Below are positions 9,662 to 20,077 of a stretch of 64,000 nt of DNA, piece after piece. A program made the position numbers and the translations under genes. The DNA lies in IMG/VR virus record IMGVR_UViG_3300025646_005470; one strand, given 5' to 3'. The stretch is from a virus. The notes beneath the pieces were generated by a model. That model was not told the DNA's origin. It worked only from the letters and a program-made list of their open reading frames with translations, and did not search any database. The stretch's first letter is position 1; each line of letters opens with the position of its first letter.

Positions 9662-11649
9662 TATTTTTTCTTCCTTCTTAAATCTAAATTTTTAACCTTA
9701 TCAGCATATGACGGACCTTTGCCTCTGCCAAATTTATATCCAATGTATGCACCTGCCAATGCCGCACCCACAGCCATTGCTTTTGATGGTTTTACTTGTT
9801 CGCCATCTGCATAATCACGCTCACGTGATAGTTGTTGTAGTGTAGACATCATTGATGATTTAGGTGCGTTAGCTCTAAAGTAATTGAATAAACTTGAAAC
9901 CAATGTTCTTTTTTCTCTTGTTTTTAGATTTTCCCAATCACCTGCTAATCTTTTCATTGATTTTAAACTGCTGTCACTTACAAAAAGCATAGATTGTAAC
10001 TGTTGTAGCATTCTTTTTTCTGCATCAGCATTTGCACCAGATGATGATATGTGATTTAAATAATCTTTAATCTGAGCCATGTTTGGACGCATTCTTTTTA
10101 ATAATATTTCACTGTTTTTTTCGTCTGCAAATTTTGTAATTGATCCTTTACCAAACAAGGCGTGTAACATTGCATACATATCTGTGCCATTTGATCTAAA
10201 ATAATCAAAGTTTCCATAACTCATTGTTTTACCAGCATAGTTACTTGCTACAGAAGAATACTTAAACTCTCTATTTAAAACCTGTAGTGCAATTGCATGT
10301 GCAAAAATGTTATTTGCCATATCTTGTGCTGAATAATTTGATAATCCGTGACGTGATCTAAACATTCTTGCTTCTGTCATTAAATCGTTTACAAAATCTA
10401 TTTCTATTTTTTCGCTTTTCATAAAATTTTTTCTACTAAAGTCTAGTCTATCCACAACTTTTACTGCATTTCCAATATGGTCAACTGCAACAAAGCCTTC
10501 TGGATCTCTTACTTTTAGTTCTCCATTAACTTCTTCAAAACTATCAATTGCTTTGATATTTGATAGTTTCTTATATAATATGTCTTTTATAGCACCTAAT
10601 TTAAGCCACAGTGCATAAAAGTTCATCATATTACTCTTATTAGTATTTAAGTAATTTAGCCCAATTTGTAGGGCATTTAAACGGCGCTGTCCTGCAGGTC
10701 CTTCTTTGCCTGTTTTTAGTGCCGCAATTTTTTCTTCTGCTCTACGTGTGTAGTCAGCAACAAACTGATTGAAAAACTGTTCAGGATCTTGCTGTATAGA
10801 ATTCTGTTTAATATTAGCATTCATGTTAGCCGCAATATTGATTTTTAAATCATTGCCTGCATCTGATCCATCTAAAAATTCAAATGCATTACCAATTGAC
10901 GTTAAATGTTGTTGTGCATCAGCAATTGCTTTTTCAACTGCATTTGATTCTTGTGCTGTCATTGTTGCCATACCTGAAAAATCTTTTATATATGCATCGT
11001 CAAACCAAACATCAGATGTAGGTGTTAGATCAGATAAATCAACTTTGAATGATGCTGACATTTTATCTAAACTTTCTCCACTATATGATGTATGAAAAAC
11101 AATACCAACTTTTGCTTGTTGTATCTTTTTACCTAATTCTGAATCTGTTGGCACTGCGTATGTGATTGTGTTTGGTTTAAATGTTATATAAGACTTGCCT
11201 TCAAATCCTCTTGTTTTTAAATCACCTTGTGTGAACATTAAATCACCTTGTAGTACACCTTTAATGTTTAACTTTGATAGGTTTTGTAAAACTAAATTTA
11301 ACTTGTCACGCAATCCACTTTTGTCTTGCTCACCAACATCTGCATGATTGGCTTCAATATCTTTTGATGATTTATTTAATTTTGGATTTTTAGCAAATAC
11401 ACCTTTTGTACCTACAAAAAATTTACCATCACTTGGATCTGTTCCGCAAACTATTGCAGGAGATCCATCCCACTTTGTGGTAATATTAAACTTTTTAGGT
11501 GAATGACCTTTTACTATAGTTGATAAATTTTTTAAAAAACGAATGGCTTCTACAGCACCTTTTTTACCTTTAAAAAGAGATAGATCTTCTAAATGCGTTA
11601 GATGTGTGTTTACATCTTCGTGTAGGATATTAATTTCCGTCAGTTTCAT
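9661..11649 (-). CDS. Covalent nucleotidyltransferase/ligase-like protein (DUF6267-like N-terminal domain) plus C-terminal unknown domain
   Basis: NTHLTHLED, TTKWDGSPA (KxDG), QGDLMF, PEGFVA, KVVDR motifs. Confidence 0.6.
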   Translation of the reverse strand: MKLTEINILHEDVNTHLTHLEDLSLFKGKKGAVEAIRFLKNLSTIVKGHSPKKFNITTKWDGSPAIVCGTDPSDGKFFVGTKGVFAKNPKLNKSSKDIEANHADVGEQDKSGLRDKLNLVLQNLSKLNIKGVLQGDLMFTQGDLKTRGFEGKSYITFKPNTITYAVPTDSELGKKIQQAKVGIVFHTSYSGESLDKMSASFKVDLSDLTPTSDVWFDDAYIKDFSGMATMTAQESNAVEKAIADAQQHLTSIGNAFEFLDGSDAGNDLKINIAANMNANIKQNSIQQDPEQFFNQFVADYTRRAEEKIAALKTGKEGPAGQRRLNALQIGLNYLNTNKSNMMNFYALWLKLGAIKDILYKKLSNIKAIDSFEEVNGELKVRDPEGFVAVDHIGNAVKVVDRLDFSRKNFMKSEKIEIDFVNDLMTEARMFRSRHGLSNYSAQDMANNIFAHAIALQVLNREFKYSSVASNYAGKTMSYGNFDYFRSNGTDMYAMLHALFGKGSITKFADEKNSEILLKRMRPNMAQIKDYLNHISSSGANADAEKRMLQQLQSMLFVSDSSLKSMKRLAGDWENLKTREKRTLVSSLFNYFRANAPKSSMMSTLQQLSRERDYADGEQVKPSKAMAVGAALAGAYIGYKFGRGKGPSYADKVKNLDLRRKKK

Positions 11650-11899
11650 TTGTGCTGTTTAACCTTCTGATTCCACGTTCAAATTTTGCAGGATCTGAAC
11701 TTTTAATGCTGTTGATTAATCTTCTAGATAATTCACCAGCAGTGTTTTCATCATATGATTCATACAGCATATCGATTAGATTGAGAGCAGATGATATAAC
11801 ATGACTAGCACGTGATTCTATCAGTGCCTCTCTATTGCTTTGAGGTACTGATTGACTAATTTCTTCTAATATTGATCTAGTATGTCTTTTCATTGTCAT
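11630..11899 (-). CDS. Hypothetical protein
   Basis: 89-aa ORF after TATAAATA (11924-11931) and AGGA. Confidence 0.65.
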   Translation of the reverse strand: MTMKRHTRSILEEISQSVPQSNREALIESRASHVISSALNLIDMLYESYDENTAGELSRRLINSIKSSDPAKFERGIRRLNSTNETDGN

Positions 11900-11923
11900 C
11901 AGCTCTTTAATTTCCTATACTTT

Positions 11924-11931
11924 TATTTATA
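11924..11931 (-). promoter_or_regulatory. T4-type late promoter
   Basis: TATAAATA in the intergenic gap heading the 11899-8694 cluster. Confidence 0.65.
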
Positions 11932-11958
11932 CTAAAAAGAAGCCTATAAACACTCATA

Positions 11959-13383
11959 CTATAGATCACCTTCACTAGAATATTGATGACGCTTTGATTT
12001 TAATATACTACGTAGGTTTGATATTTGTTCAACCTTTTCAGCCACCTGTGCGCCTTGATTTTCAGGGTTTTTTGGGGTGATTACAGTGGTTCTTTTCTTA
12101 ATAGAACTTGCTACATTGGCTGTAGTCATGCTTTCATCTTCAGCCATTTGTTCTTCTGTTAGATCTGTGATTCTTAAGGTATCTATATTAAATGCCAAGT
12201 TAATCTTAGTTCCTACGCCGCCACTTGATCTTGTTTTCATAAGTTGAATTAGATATCTGCCACGCTCACGCATAGCTCTGCTTGTTTGAATACCAATAAC
12301 ATTATCTGCTGTTTGTATTTTTGATAAACCACCAGCAATATGCGAATGGTCAAATTCATTTGATTCAACACTTGATCTATTTAACTGTGATGCCGTGGCT
12401 AGTACAATCTGATGTTCAACTGCTAGATTACGCAGTTCTTCAGATACATATTTGTCTTTGATAAACAAGTCACTTGGCGAAACTCTTTTTGAAATTGGCA
12501 TTAATAAGTCTAAATAGTCAACACAAATACAATCAGGCTTAACACCTGTTTGCACTTCATACTCTTTCAAATAACTACGCAGGTCATTTACAGTTGCACC
12601 ACTGCTGATGTATTTCAATTGAAATTTACCAGACTTTTGCCCTTGCATTCTAACCATCAAATCAATATCATCAATTTTCTTAAATATTTCATTTGATGCA
12701 ACACCAGTTGACATACTATCAACTCTCATAGAACTTAATTCTTCGCTCAATTCAAAAGTAAAATAAATTACGTTCATACCAACGTTGGCCCAGTTGAGTG
12801 CAAGATTTTGTAAAAATAAACTTTTACCAGCACCTGACTGTCCTGCAAATATGTTTAACTCGCCTTTGTTAAATCCACCATACAATTTATGATCCAGTGC
12901 TGTCCAACCTGTGCTTACTGTACCGTTGTTATTTTTGAGTGATAACAGTCTTGCTTTAGGATCTAAAAAATAATCTGTACCTAGATCTTTTGTGAGTCCA
13001 ATTCTCACTGCATTTTTGATCTTGTCTTCTACTTGACCATAATCGCCTTTTTCTAACAAATCTGCTGATTGAATAATTGCAAGTTCTAGTGCTTTGTGTC
13101 TGCAAAAAGTTTCAAACTCATCAAAGAACCAATTTTTATGTCTTTCATCAATATCAACTTTTTTAAGTTCAACTCCACAAGTTGCTTGTATCTGTTCTAT
13201 GGTTGGAAGTGCATTGTATTCTTCTGAATGTTCTAACATGAATTTAGCCACGTTGGCCAACTTACGTGAAAAATATTCTACTTTTACAATGTTTTTTACT
13301 CGCACAAACAGTTCAGGATCTGTTGCACAAAACTCTAAAAACAGTTTTTGTAAATCTTCATTATAATCTTTTAGATCATTCAT
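11959..13383 (-). CDS. gp41: Replicative DnaB-like helicase
   Basis: Walker A AGQSGAGKS, CVDYLDLL, TASQLNR, KIQTADNVI, MKTR. Confidence 0.92.
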   Translation of the reverse strand: MNDLKDYNEDLQKLFLEFCATDPELFVRVKNIVKVEYFSRKLANVAKFMLEHSEEYNALPTIEQIQATCGVELKKVDIDERHKNWFFDEFETFCRHKALELAIIQSADLLEKGDYGQVEDKIKNAVRIGLTKDLGTDYFLDPKARLLSLKNNNGTVSTGWTALDHKLYGGFNKGELNIFAGQSGAGKSLFLQNLALNWANVGMNVIYFTFELSEELSSMRVDSMSTGVASNEIFKKIDDIDLMVRMQGQKSGKFQLKYISSGATVNDLRSYLKEYEVQTGVKPDCICVDYLDLLMPISKRVSPSDLFIKDKYVSEELRNLAVEHQIVLATASQLNRSSVESNEFDHSHIAGGLSKIQTADNVIGIQTSRAMRERGRYLIQLMKTRSSGGVGTKINLAFNIDTLRITDLTEEQMAEDESMTTANVASSIKKRTTVITPKNPENQGAQVAEKVEQISNLRSILKSKRHQYSSEGDL

Positions 13384-13389
13384 TGTTTT

Positions 13390-13418
13390 ATACTACACGT
13401 TTTCTTTTGATTTTTCAA
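13390..13418 (-). promoter_or_regulatory. sigma70-type promoter for the helicase, inside the thyX 3' end
   Basis: TTGAAA-N17-TAGTAT, 6 nt to ATG. Confidence 0.6.
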
Positions 13419-14025
13419 GTCTTAAATATTTCCAACTGTATGGAAATTCTTCATTGCAGAATTGGTCAATAGCATCTGCTACAATTCTAGTTTCTTCTTG
13501 TGTATCTTCAGCACATCTTAGATCACACACTCTAGCAAATGCGTATAAACTTCCTGTCCAATACCATTCAGTCATCATGTTTTGTGGCAGTACCATTCTT
13601 GCTAATTCAGGAGCGATACCTTTGGCCAGCATGTCATTGTATGTTGTATTAGCATTTTTTATTGTATTAGCGATATCATATTCAACTGTTTCGTTGCTAC
13701 TGCCTTGCTTTTTATCTTCTGCTCGCAGTCTCCAGTTTTTAGGAATATAATATTCTGGCTCATAATCAACGTAGCGTCTTGAAATTTCGTTCCAACTTAA
13801 ACCTACTTGATGTTTAACCAACTGCCTAGCAACAAATATAGGTGCTTTGATTCTAAACTGCACACTGCAATGAGCAAACGGTGACCAATGATTATGCCTT
13901 GCTAAAAATGAAATTAAACGTTCATCTGATGCTTCAAATACTTCTTTGTTTTTGCCAAAACTCACTCTAGCCGCATTGACCACTGTGAGGTCACTGCCCA
14001 TTTTATCAATTAGTTCTACTTTCAA
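13393..14025 (-). CDS. thyX: Flavin-dependent thymidylate synthase
   Basis: VNAARVSF, HWSPF, RQLVKHQ...SWNEISRRY, PELARMVLPQ; TTG start with AGGAG SD. Confidence 0.95.
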   Translation of the reverse strand: MKVELIDKMGSDLTVVNAARVSFGKNKEVFEASDERLISFLARHNHWSPFAHCSVQFRIKAPIFVARQLVKHQVGLSWNEISRRYVDYEPEYYIPKNWRLRAEDKKQGSSNETVEYDIANTIKNANTTYNDMLAKGIAPELARMVLPQNMMTEWYWTGSLYAFARVCDLRCAEDTQEETRIVADAIDQFCNEEFPYSWKYLRLEKSKENV

Positions 14026-14034
14026 TTTTTGCTC

Positions 14035-14637
14035 CTAATAGGTTGAAACAATTTTATCAGCAATGCCATACTTAACTGCTTCTTTGGCACTTAACCAAAC
14101 ATCTTCTGCAGGTAATAGTATTTCTCTAATTTTCTTTTCTGATAGACCTGTACATTTTTTGTAATGGTCCATCATACGTGCTGTGCTTAGTTCAAATTCT
14201 TTTACACGAGCAAATAGTTCATGTTCTTTACCAACACTGCCCCAACTGTACTGATGTGACAGTATAGATGTGTTTGGTGTAATAAACCTACGACCTTTTG
14301 TACCAGCCATAAATGTTAGTATACCACATGATGCAATCATACCAAGTCCAATTGTTTTTACAGGAATTGCTGATCCTTTGATTGTATCAATAAGTGCAAA
14401 TGCTGAATGGACTTCTCCACCTGGAGAGTTAATTACCAATGTGATTTCTTTTGGTCTTTCACGTTGTGGCAAAAGATTTTTTTCAATGATTGTGTTAATC
14501 ACTGGTTTAGTAGTGCTACTATCAAAGTGATCACTAAAATAAATTATTCCGCTTTCGTACATCAACATACCAGGTTGTAGTGGTTGTTTTTGTGGTTGTA
14601 TTTGTTTCTTTTTATTCTCTATTTCTAAGTTTGCCAT
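14035..14637 (-). CDS. clpP: ATP-dependent Clp protease proteolytic subunit-like
   Basis: INSPGG, ASCG (Ser), SHQ (His), DVWLSAKEAVKYGIADKI. Confidence 0.92.
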   Translation of the reverse strand: MANLEIENKKKQIQPQKQPLQPGMLMYESGIIYFSDHFDSSTTKPVINTIIEKNLLPQRERPKEITLVINSPGGEVHSAFALIDTIKGSAIPVKTIGLGMIASCGILTFMAGTKGRRFITPNTSILSHQYSWGSVGKEHELFARVKEFELSTARMMDHYKKCTGLSEKKIREILLPAEDVWLSAKEAVKYGIADKIVSTY

Positions 14638-14645
14638 TTGTTCTC

Positions 14646-15635
14646 CTACGCAATTTTTCTTAATACTTGTATCTTTGTCTTATTATTTACCCTACTGTCT
14701 ATGATGCTTTTTACTGTGAACAATTGTCCATAGTGCTTTACTGCATCTGCACAGTCTTTGATGTGGTCTTGCCACGGCGGAAAACTCACAGCCCATCCGT
14801 TGTCAACTGCTTGATCAATCAACGTTGATCCTGCGGCATCTCTATCTGGACATACAATAACTTCTCCATCAAACTGTTTTATTAAATCAATTTGCATTTG
14901 ATTTAATTTATTATGTAGCACTGCTAGGCCGTCAATGCTTAATGCATCTAACACACCTTCTACTACTATCAAATATTTTCTTTGCTTACTCAACACATCC
15001 ATGTTGTACATATAATTAGGTTGCGAATTTGTAAAATACTTTGGCTTGTCTTTGTTGTTGTCAATTATTCTTGATGTATAACCAACTGTACTGCCATTGT
15101 AATAAAATGGTACAATAAATCTTCTATTCAAATCTAAATATGTATCATTGCACCAATAAAAATCACCAAAGTGATCTAGACCTCTGTCAATAATATGTTT
15201 GTACACCCATACTGCATCTTCAGGTGGTGTGTCTTGTTTTATAATTTCTATCAAAGGTTTTGAACCTTTTGGTAATTGAATTTCTCTCCAACTGATCTTT
15301 GGTTTTGGCTTTTCTTCTACGTTTGGATTTTCTTCTTTTTCACGTATTGCCAAAAGTTGCAGTCTTCTTATTTCATTATCAGGAACTCCAATGCCACGCA
15401 ACAATCCAACCATTTTTTTACCAAACGTTTTGCCTGGTTTGTAACTTGTGCTAAAGCCACAATTAAAACAATGATACACAACTCCATCAATAAACTTAAA
15501 TCCACCTCTTGAACGTGTATCTGGTCTTGACTGGCCATTGGTTGTACACATTGGACAATTTATGGTTGTCCACCCACTAGGCGTCTTTTTTCTTTTGCCT
15601 GGCATGTGTGTAACGATTGTGTTTTGTAGTTCCAT
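14646..15635 (-). CDS. gp61: DNA primase
   Basis: Zn finger CPMC...HCFNC; TOPRIM VEGVLDA and PDRDAAG; KDCAD. Confidence 0.9.
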   Translation of the reverse strand: MELQNTIVTHMPGKRKKTPSGWTTINCPMCTTNGQSRPDTRSRGGFKFIDGVVYHCFNCGFSTSYKPGKTFGKKMVGLLRGIGVPDNEIRRLQLLAIREKEENPNVEEKPKPKISWREIQLPKGSKPLIEIIKQDTPPEDAVWVYKHIIDRGLDHFGDFYWCNDTYLDLNRRFIVPFYYNGSTVGYTSRIIDNNKDKPKYFTNSQPNYMYNMDVLSKQRKYLIVVEGVLDALSIDGLAVLHNKLNQMQIDLIKQFDGEVIVCPDRDAAGSTLIDQAVDNGWAVSFPPWQDHIKDCADAVKHYGQLFTVKSIIDSRVNNKTKIQVLRKIA

Positions 15636-15642
15636 GTGTTAT

Positions 15643-15671
15643 ATACTATAACACTTTTGCCAAAAAGTCAA
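15643..15671 (-). promoter_or_regulatory. sigma70-type promoter for primase
   Basis: TTGACT-N17-TAGTAT, 7 nt to ATG; GTGTTATA/TATAACAC inverted repeat across the -10. Confidence 0.65.
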
Positions 15672-16823
15672 TTAAATCCTGTAGGTATTATTTCCAGTGC
15701 GAACACCACTTATGCCATCCATGCTCATTTTAAACCTATTTGGCTTACCATCAATTGCTTGTCCTATTTCACTGCAAACATCTGCTGGAGAAATTCTGTT
15801 TTCGCTGGCAATATCTAGAATCTTTATGGTTCTGTCGTATATGGTTTCAATCAATTTAAATGATTCCTCTTCGTCTCTAGATTTAAGAATTACACCTGCT
15901 GATCTAAAAACTCCGCCTGCGTTTGCTAGAGTGTCTGGAACATAGGTAATTTTTTGATCTATCAGCAGTTGTTTTGCATGTTGTGGATCCACAGCATCCA
16001 ATTGATTGTTGGCCGCACCACAGATAATTTTACAATTCATTTCAGGAATAGTTGACGTTTTAATGTCATTACCTAAAGCACATGGAGAATATATATCAAC
16101 CTGCTGTTTATGAATTTCGTCAGTGCTCATTGGTTCAATCATAAAAGGATATTTTTCGTGGTAATCTTTAAGGTTTGATAACTTTGCAGAGTCAACATCT
16201 GCAACAAATACTTTTGCACCATCTTCAAGCAAATAGTTTATCAACTGAAATCCAACTTTGCCAACTCCTTTTACTGCAACAGATAATCCTTCAAATGAAT
16301 CTTTTTCAAACTTATATTTGACTGCACCTCGCATGGCATTGTAAACTCCATAGGCAGTACAAGCACCACCAATATCAGGATGTGAATATGTGGTTGTATA
16401 GTCTGTGTATCTTCTTAGTTTTTCAAGCATGTTAAAATCAAAGCCAGCATCTAGGCCGCCATAATAGTCACCTTTGAGATAGTTTATAAGTTCGCCTAGA
16501 TAAGGATAAATTCTTTTTTCTTCTACACCGCAGGCACCAATATCTTTATAGTAGGTTTTTTGAATTACTGTTTTTCCGCCACTTAATTTTATTCCTGCTA
16601 CCATACACTTTTCTGTCATTGCACGAGAAAGACTCAAAACATCAAGCATTGGGATACAATTGTCTTTGTATTTCCAATAACGAATACCGCCAAATGCAGG
16701 TCCATTTTTTAATGTGTGAATTGCTATGTAGGCACTGAAGTTACTTGCTTCATGATACCCGTGAACTACTCTTTCAAAACCTTGTGTTTTGATTTCCTTA
16801 ATCTCCATTGGAAGGATTGGCAT
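15672..16823 (-). CDS. Leu/Phe/Val (Glu/Leu/Phe/Val family) amino-acid dehydrogenase
   Basis: GPAFGGIR, LSRAMTEK, GGKTVI, TAYGV, GVGKVG Rossmann, PCALG, GAANNQL, PDTLANAGG. Confidence 0.9.
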   Translation of the reverse strand: MPILPMEIKEIKTQGFERVVHGYHEASNFSAYIAIHTLKNGPAFGGIRYWKYKDNCIPMLDVLSLSRAMTEKCMVAGIKLSGGKTVIQKTYYKDIGACGVEEKRIYPYLGELINYLKGDYYGGLDAGFDFNMLEKLRRYTDYTTTYSHPDIGGACTAYGVYNAMRGAVKYKFEKDSFEGLSVAVKGVGKVGFQLINYLLEDGAKVFVADVDSAKLSNLKDYHEKYPFMIEPMSTDEIHKQQVDIYSPCALGNDIKTSTIPEMNCKIICGAANNQLDAVDPQHAKQLLIDQKITYVPDTLANAGGVFRSAGVILKSRDEEESFKLIETIYDRTIKILDIASENRISPADVCSEIGQAIDGKPNRFKMSMDGISGVRTGNNTYRI

Positions 16824-16825
16824 TT

Positions 16826-17614
16826 TTAATTCCTTAACAAGACTTTATCAAAGGTGCCACTGTTGCCTGTATCTGGATCATATGCTATTCTAATCCATTT
16901 TGCTTGAGTAGTAAAGTTATACGACTCTATTGCAGTTGCATTTGTAACTGTAACTGATGTGTTACCGTTATCAAGTGTTACATCAAACCAATCTGCATCA
17001 TTTGTACTTGCTGTTGCATTCATACAACCTTGCACTTTGTATACTCCATCAAAAGAGGAAGTATAGGTTGCAATCGTATGTTTGGCGGTAACTAAATTTC
17101 TTTCACTTGCTCCTGATACTGCATTTGAGTTATACCATTGTGCATTATCGTATATAAATGTTGACATTTCTTGAGTTGCTTTTGAACTTGCAACAACTCC
17201 TTCAACCACTTCTAAAGTGCCTTTTGCCGCTTCATTGAGGTCTGTATACACCACTTGTTGCTCTGAACTAGTGTTTGTAGTGTATAAAGAATAGTTGTAA
17301 AATCCTCCAGAAACATTGTCTAGATCTGATGCTGGTAAATTGATCTGAGCAAGGCCTTGCACAGCATTTGATACTGTTAATGGTCTTGCAAGAATTAATT
17401 CACTGGTTGTTACATCTAATACATTAAAAGTCACAGTTAAATTGGTTAAATCTACTGCTTTTCTATCATTGTCTTTTAACGCAAACTTAACAGTGTTATC
17501 AATACCTTGATACAATTTTATAGTTTTATCATACATTGTTGTACTACCTTGACTTGCACTTGTATTTACTATCACTGTATGAGTATCGTCATATACATAT
17601 AGCGTTACTGTCAT
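16826..17614 (-). CDS. Virion structural protein (BppU-N-like beta sandwich)
   Basis: DNTVKFALKDNDRKAVDLT...FYNYSL; TAAATA upstream at about 17641-17646. Confidence 0.55.
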   Translation of the reverse strand: MTVTLYVYDDTHTVIVNTSASQGSTTMYDKTIKLYQGIDNTVKFALKDNDRKAVDLTNLTVTFNVLDVTTSELILARPLTVSNAVQGLAQINLPASDLDNVSGGFYNYSLYTTNTSSEQQVVYTDLNEAAKGTLEVVEGVVASSKATQEMSTFIYDNAQWYNSNAVSGASERNLVTAKHTIATYTSSFDGVYKVQGCMNATASTNDADWFDVTLDNGNTSVTVTNATAIESYNFTTQAKWIRIAYDPDTGNSGTFDKVLLRN

Positions 17615-17648
17615 ACTATGGTTTCCTTAAACTTCATATATATTTATG

Positions 17649-17677
17649 TTGCTAAATAGAAGTACTGAAAGTATAAT
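17649..17677 (+). promoter_or_regulatory. sigma70-type promoter
   Basis: TTGCTA-N17-TATAAT upstream of 17697. Confidence 0.6.
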
Positions 17678-17696
17678 ATAAAGAAATTATAAACAC

Positions 17697-18071
17697 ATGG
17701 ATTATAACGAACTAGCAGAGAAATTTCCTTTTTTATCATGCGTAAAGCATGGATTAAACGAATACGTAGGTATTGTACAAAATCAAGATGACTTTGTTAC
17801 CAGCATTTATGTATATGATGAAATTCCCACTGAATTATTACGCGGTGAATTCTTACGTCTAGGTGATGTATGGTGGTGGGAGTCAAATAGAATCATTCCT
17901 ATCAACATATTTTTAGCCGGTGATTTTAATGTATTTCAAAACTATCTCAAAACATTTACTACCAAAGATACAAAGATGGTGTTTGGCCCAACTACTAGTT
18001 TAAACAATATCGTAAAGAAAAGAATAAAAAGGCGTCAAATACAATTGGTTAAAAAAACTACCGATCGATAG
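17697..18071 (+). CDS. Hypothetical protein
   Basis: 124-aa ORF with its own promoter; WWWESNR motif. Confidence 0.7.
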   Translation: MDYNELAEKFPFLSCVKHGLNEYVGIVQNQDDFVTSIYVYDEIPTELLRGEFLRLGDVWWWESNRIIPINIFLAGDFNVFQNYLKTFTTKDTKMVFGPTTSLNNIVKKRIKRRQIQLVKKTTDR

Positions 18072-18624
18072 ACATTTTGTATTTTATGTCCTGATAAAAT
18101 GCTTCAATTAACATATCAACAGCACTTTGTTCATCTATTCCCCTACTTCTAAGATAGAATATTTGATCTTTATCAATTGGCCCTGTCGTACTACCGTGTG
18201 TACAAACCGTATCATCATTGTTTATATCTAACTCTGGTTTTGAGAATGCTGTCGAGTCCGTGTCTAATAAAAGATTTTTATTAAGCATGTTGCTTTCACA
18301 ACCTGTTATGTTTTTAGGTATGGTTATTTTTCCTTGGAATGAACTATTGGATTGTTTATTGATAAATCTAAAATCTTGATCGCATTTAGACTTTTTGCCA
18401 TTGTGTGTTACTGTTGTTACTACGTTTGCATTTTTACCATTGCTCTTAAAAAAGCCATACATTTCACAGGTAGCATTTTCATGTAAATTTACATTAATGT
18501 TTAGGTCAAATCCTTCGTGGTCACAAAAAAATAATCTAGCAGATGCATTAGATTTTATGTCATAATTTAATACTGCATTGTCTTTCAAATTCACAGTTTC
18601 TTTATAATGGTCGGTTACTTCCAT
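18058..18624 (-). CDS. sufD: Short SufD-like Fe-S assembly protein (C-terminal beta-helix part)
   Basis: NKNLLL...SKPELDI..DD..CTHGSTTG...FYLRSRGI; only 188 aa; TAATG-coupled to sufB. Confidence 0.85.
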   Translation of the reverse strand: MEVTDHYKETVNLKDNAVLNYDIKSNASARLFFCDHEGFDLNINVNLHENATCEMYGFFKSNGKNANVVTTVTHNGKKSKCDQDFRFINKQSNSSFQGKITIPKNITGCESNMLNKNLLLDTDSTAFSKPELDINNDDTVCTHGSTTGPIDKDQIFYLRSRGIDEQSAVDMLIEAFYQDIKYKMSIDR

Positions 18625-20072
18625 TATCCCACTGACCCTTCCATACTGACTTCTAAAAGTTTATTTGCCTCTACTGCAAACTCCATAGGAAGTTGTTGAA
18701 AAACTTGTTTGCAGAAACCAGATATCAACATATTGGTTGCATCTTCTTCTCCAAGTCCTCGCTGTCTCAAATAAAATAACTGATCATCGTTTATTTTAGA
18801 TGTTGTTGCTTCATGATTGCAGTAACTATTTTTATTTTCATTTTTTATGTAAGGAATAGTTATTGCAGAACATTTGCTACCCATCATCAATGAATCACAA
18901 GCAGTAAAATTTTTAGAATTAGTTGCTGACTTCATTACTTTTACTAATCCCCTATAAGTGTTGGTTGAATTTCCAGCACTAATACCTTTTGAAATGATCG
19001 TGCTTTTTGTATTTTTACCAATGTGTATCATTTTCGTTCCCGTGTCTGCCATTTGGTGACCATTTGTTAGTGCCACACTGTAAAACTCTCCTACACTATT
19101 ATCACCCTTTAAAACACAACTAGGATATTTCCAAGTTAATCTCGATCCTGTTTCAAATTGTGTCCAAGTAATCTTCGAGTTTGCACCTTTGCACAATCCC
19201 CTTTTGGTAACAAAATTATAAATACCACCTTTGCCTGTCACTGGGTCTCCAGGATACCAATTTTGTATTGTTGAATATTTTATTTCAGCATCTTTTAGTG
19301 CTACTAGTTCTACATTGGCCGCATGTAATTGATTTTCATCTCTCATAGGAGCAGTGCATCCTTCTAGATAACTAACGTAACTTCCTTCGTCAGCAACAAT
19401 CAAAGTTCTCTCAAACTGTCCCGTATTGGCTGTGTTTATCCTAAAGTATGTCGACAGCTCTAACGGACATCTTGTGTTCTTTGGAATGTAAACAAATGTA
19501 CCGTCCGAGAACACCGCTGAATTCAATGTGGCGAAATAGTTATCTGATTTTGGAATGACTGTACCAAGATATTTCTTAACAAGTTCAGGATGATTATGCA
19601 CTGCTTCTGAAAAAGAGCAAAATATAATTCCTTTATCTGCCAATTCTTTTTGGTATGTTGTTGCTACTGACACACTGTCAAAAACCGCATCGACGGCCAC
19701 ACCTGCTAGTTTGGCTCTTTCTCCTAGTGGTATGCCCAATTTCTCAAAGTCTTTTTTGATCGCTGGATCAACTTCATCATAACTCGCCGGGCCTTTTTTA
19801 GGTGCTGAATAATAACTGATTGATTGATAATCTATTGGTTCAATATCTAGTGTTGACCAATCTGGTTGTTTCATTGATTCCCAGATTCTGTATGCGTTGA
19901 GTCTAAAATCCAACAACCACTTTGGTTCTTTTTTGATCGCTGATAATTTGGTTATAACGTCTTCATTAATTCCTGGTGGAAATGTTTCGCTTTCAACATC
20001 AGTAACAAATCCTGCACTGTATTCTTTGGCGAGGGTGTTTTCAATTTTTTTTCTATCTTTGATTTCTGGCAT
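18624..20072 (-). CDS. sufB: Fe-S cluster assembly scaffold SufB
   Basis: [60 protein letters not shown]; full length, no intein. Confidence 0.97.
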   Translation of the reverse strand: MPEIKDRKKIENTLAKEYSAGFVTDVESETFPPGINEDVITKLSAIKKEPKWLLDFRLNAYRIWESMKQPDWSTLDIEPIDYQSISYYSAPKKGPASYDEVDPAIKKDFEKLGIPLGERAKLAGVAVDAVFDSVSVATTYQKELADKGIIFCSFSEAVHNHPELVKKYLGTVIPKSDNYFATLNSAVFSDGTFVYIPKNTRCPLELSTYFRINTANTGQFERTLIVADEGSYVSYLEGCTAPMRDENQLHAANVELVALKDAEIKYSTIQNWYPGDPVTGKGGIYNFVTKRGLCKGANSKITWTQFETGSRLTWKYPSCVLKGDNSVGEFYSVALTNGHQMADTGTKMIHIGKNTKSTIISKGISAGNSTNTYRGLVKVMKSATNSKNFTACDSLMMGSKCSAITIPYIKNENKNSYCNHEATTSKINDDQLFYLRQRGLGEEDATNMLISGFCKQVFQQLPMEFAVEANKLLEVSMEGSVG

Positions 20073-20077
20073 AACAT

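Noticed and set aside
15672-20072. Possibility that sufBD, the dehydrogenase and clpP mark host chromosome (prophage edge)
   Set aside because: They are interleaved with phage primase, virion and mini-DnaE genes, share phage promoter motifs and tight gene coupling, and no other host housekeeping context is present
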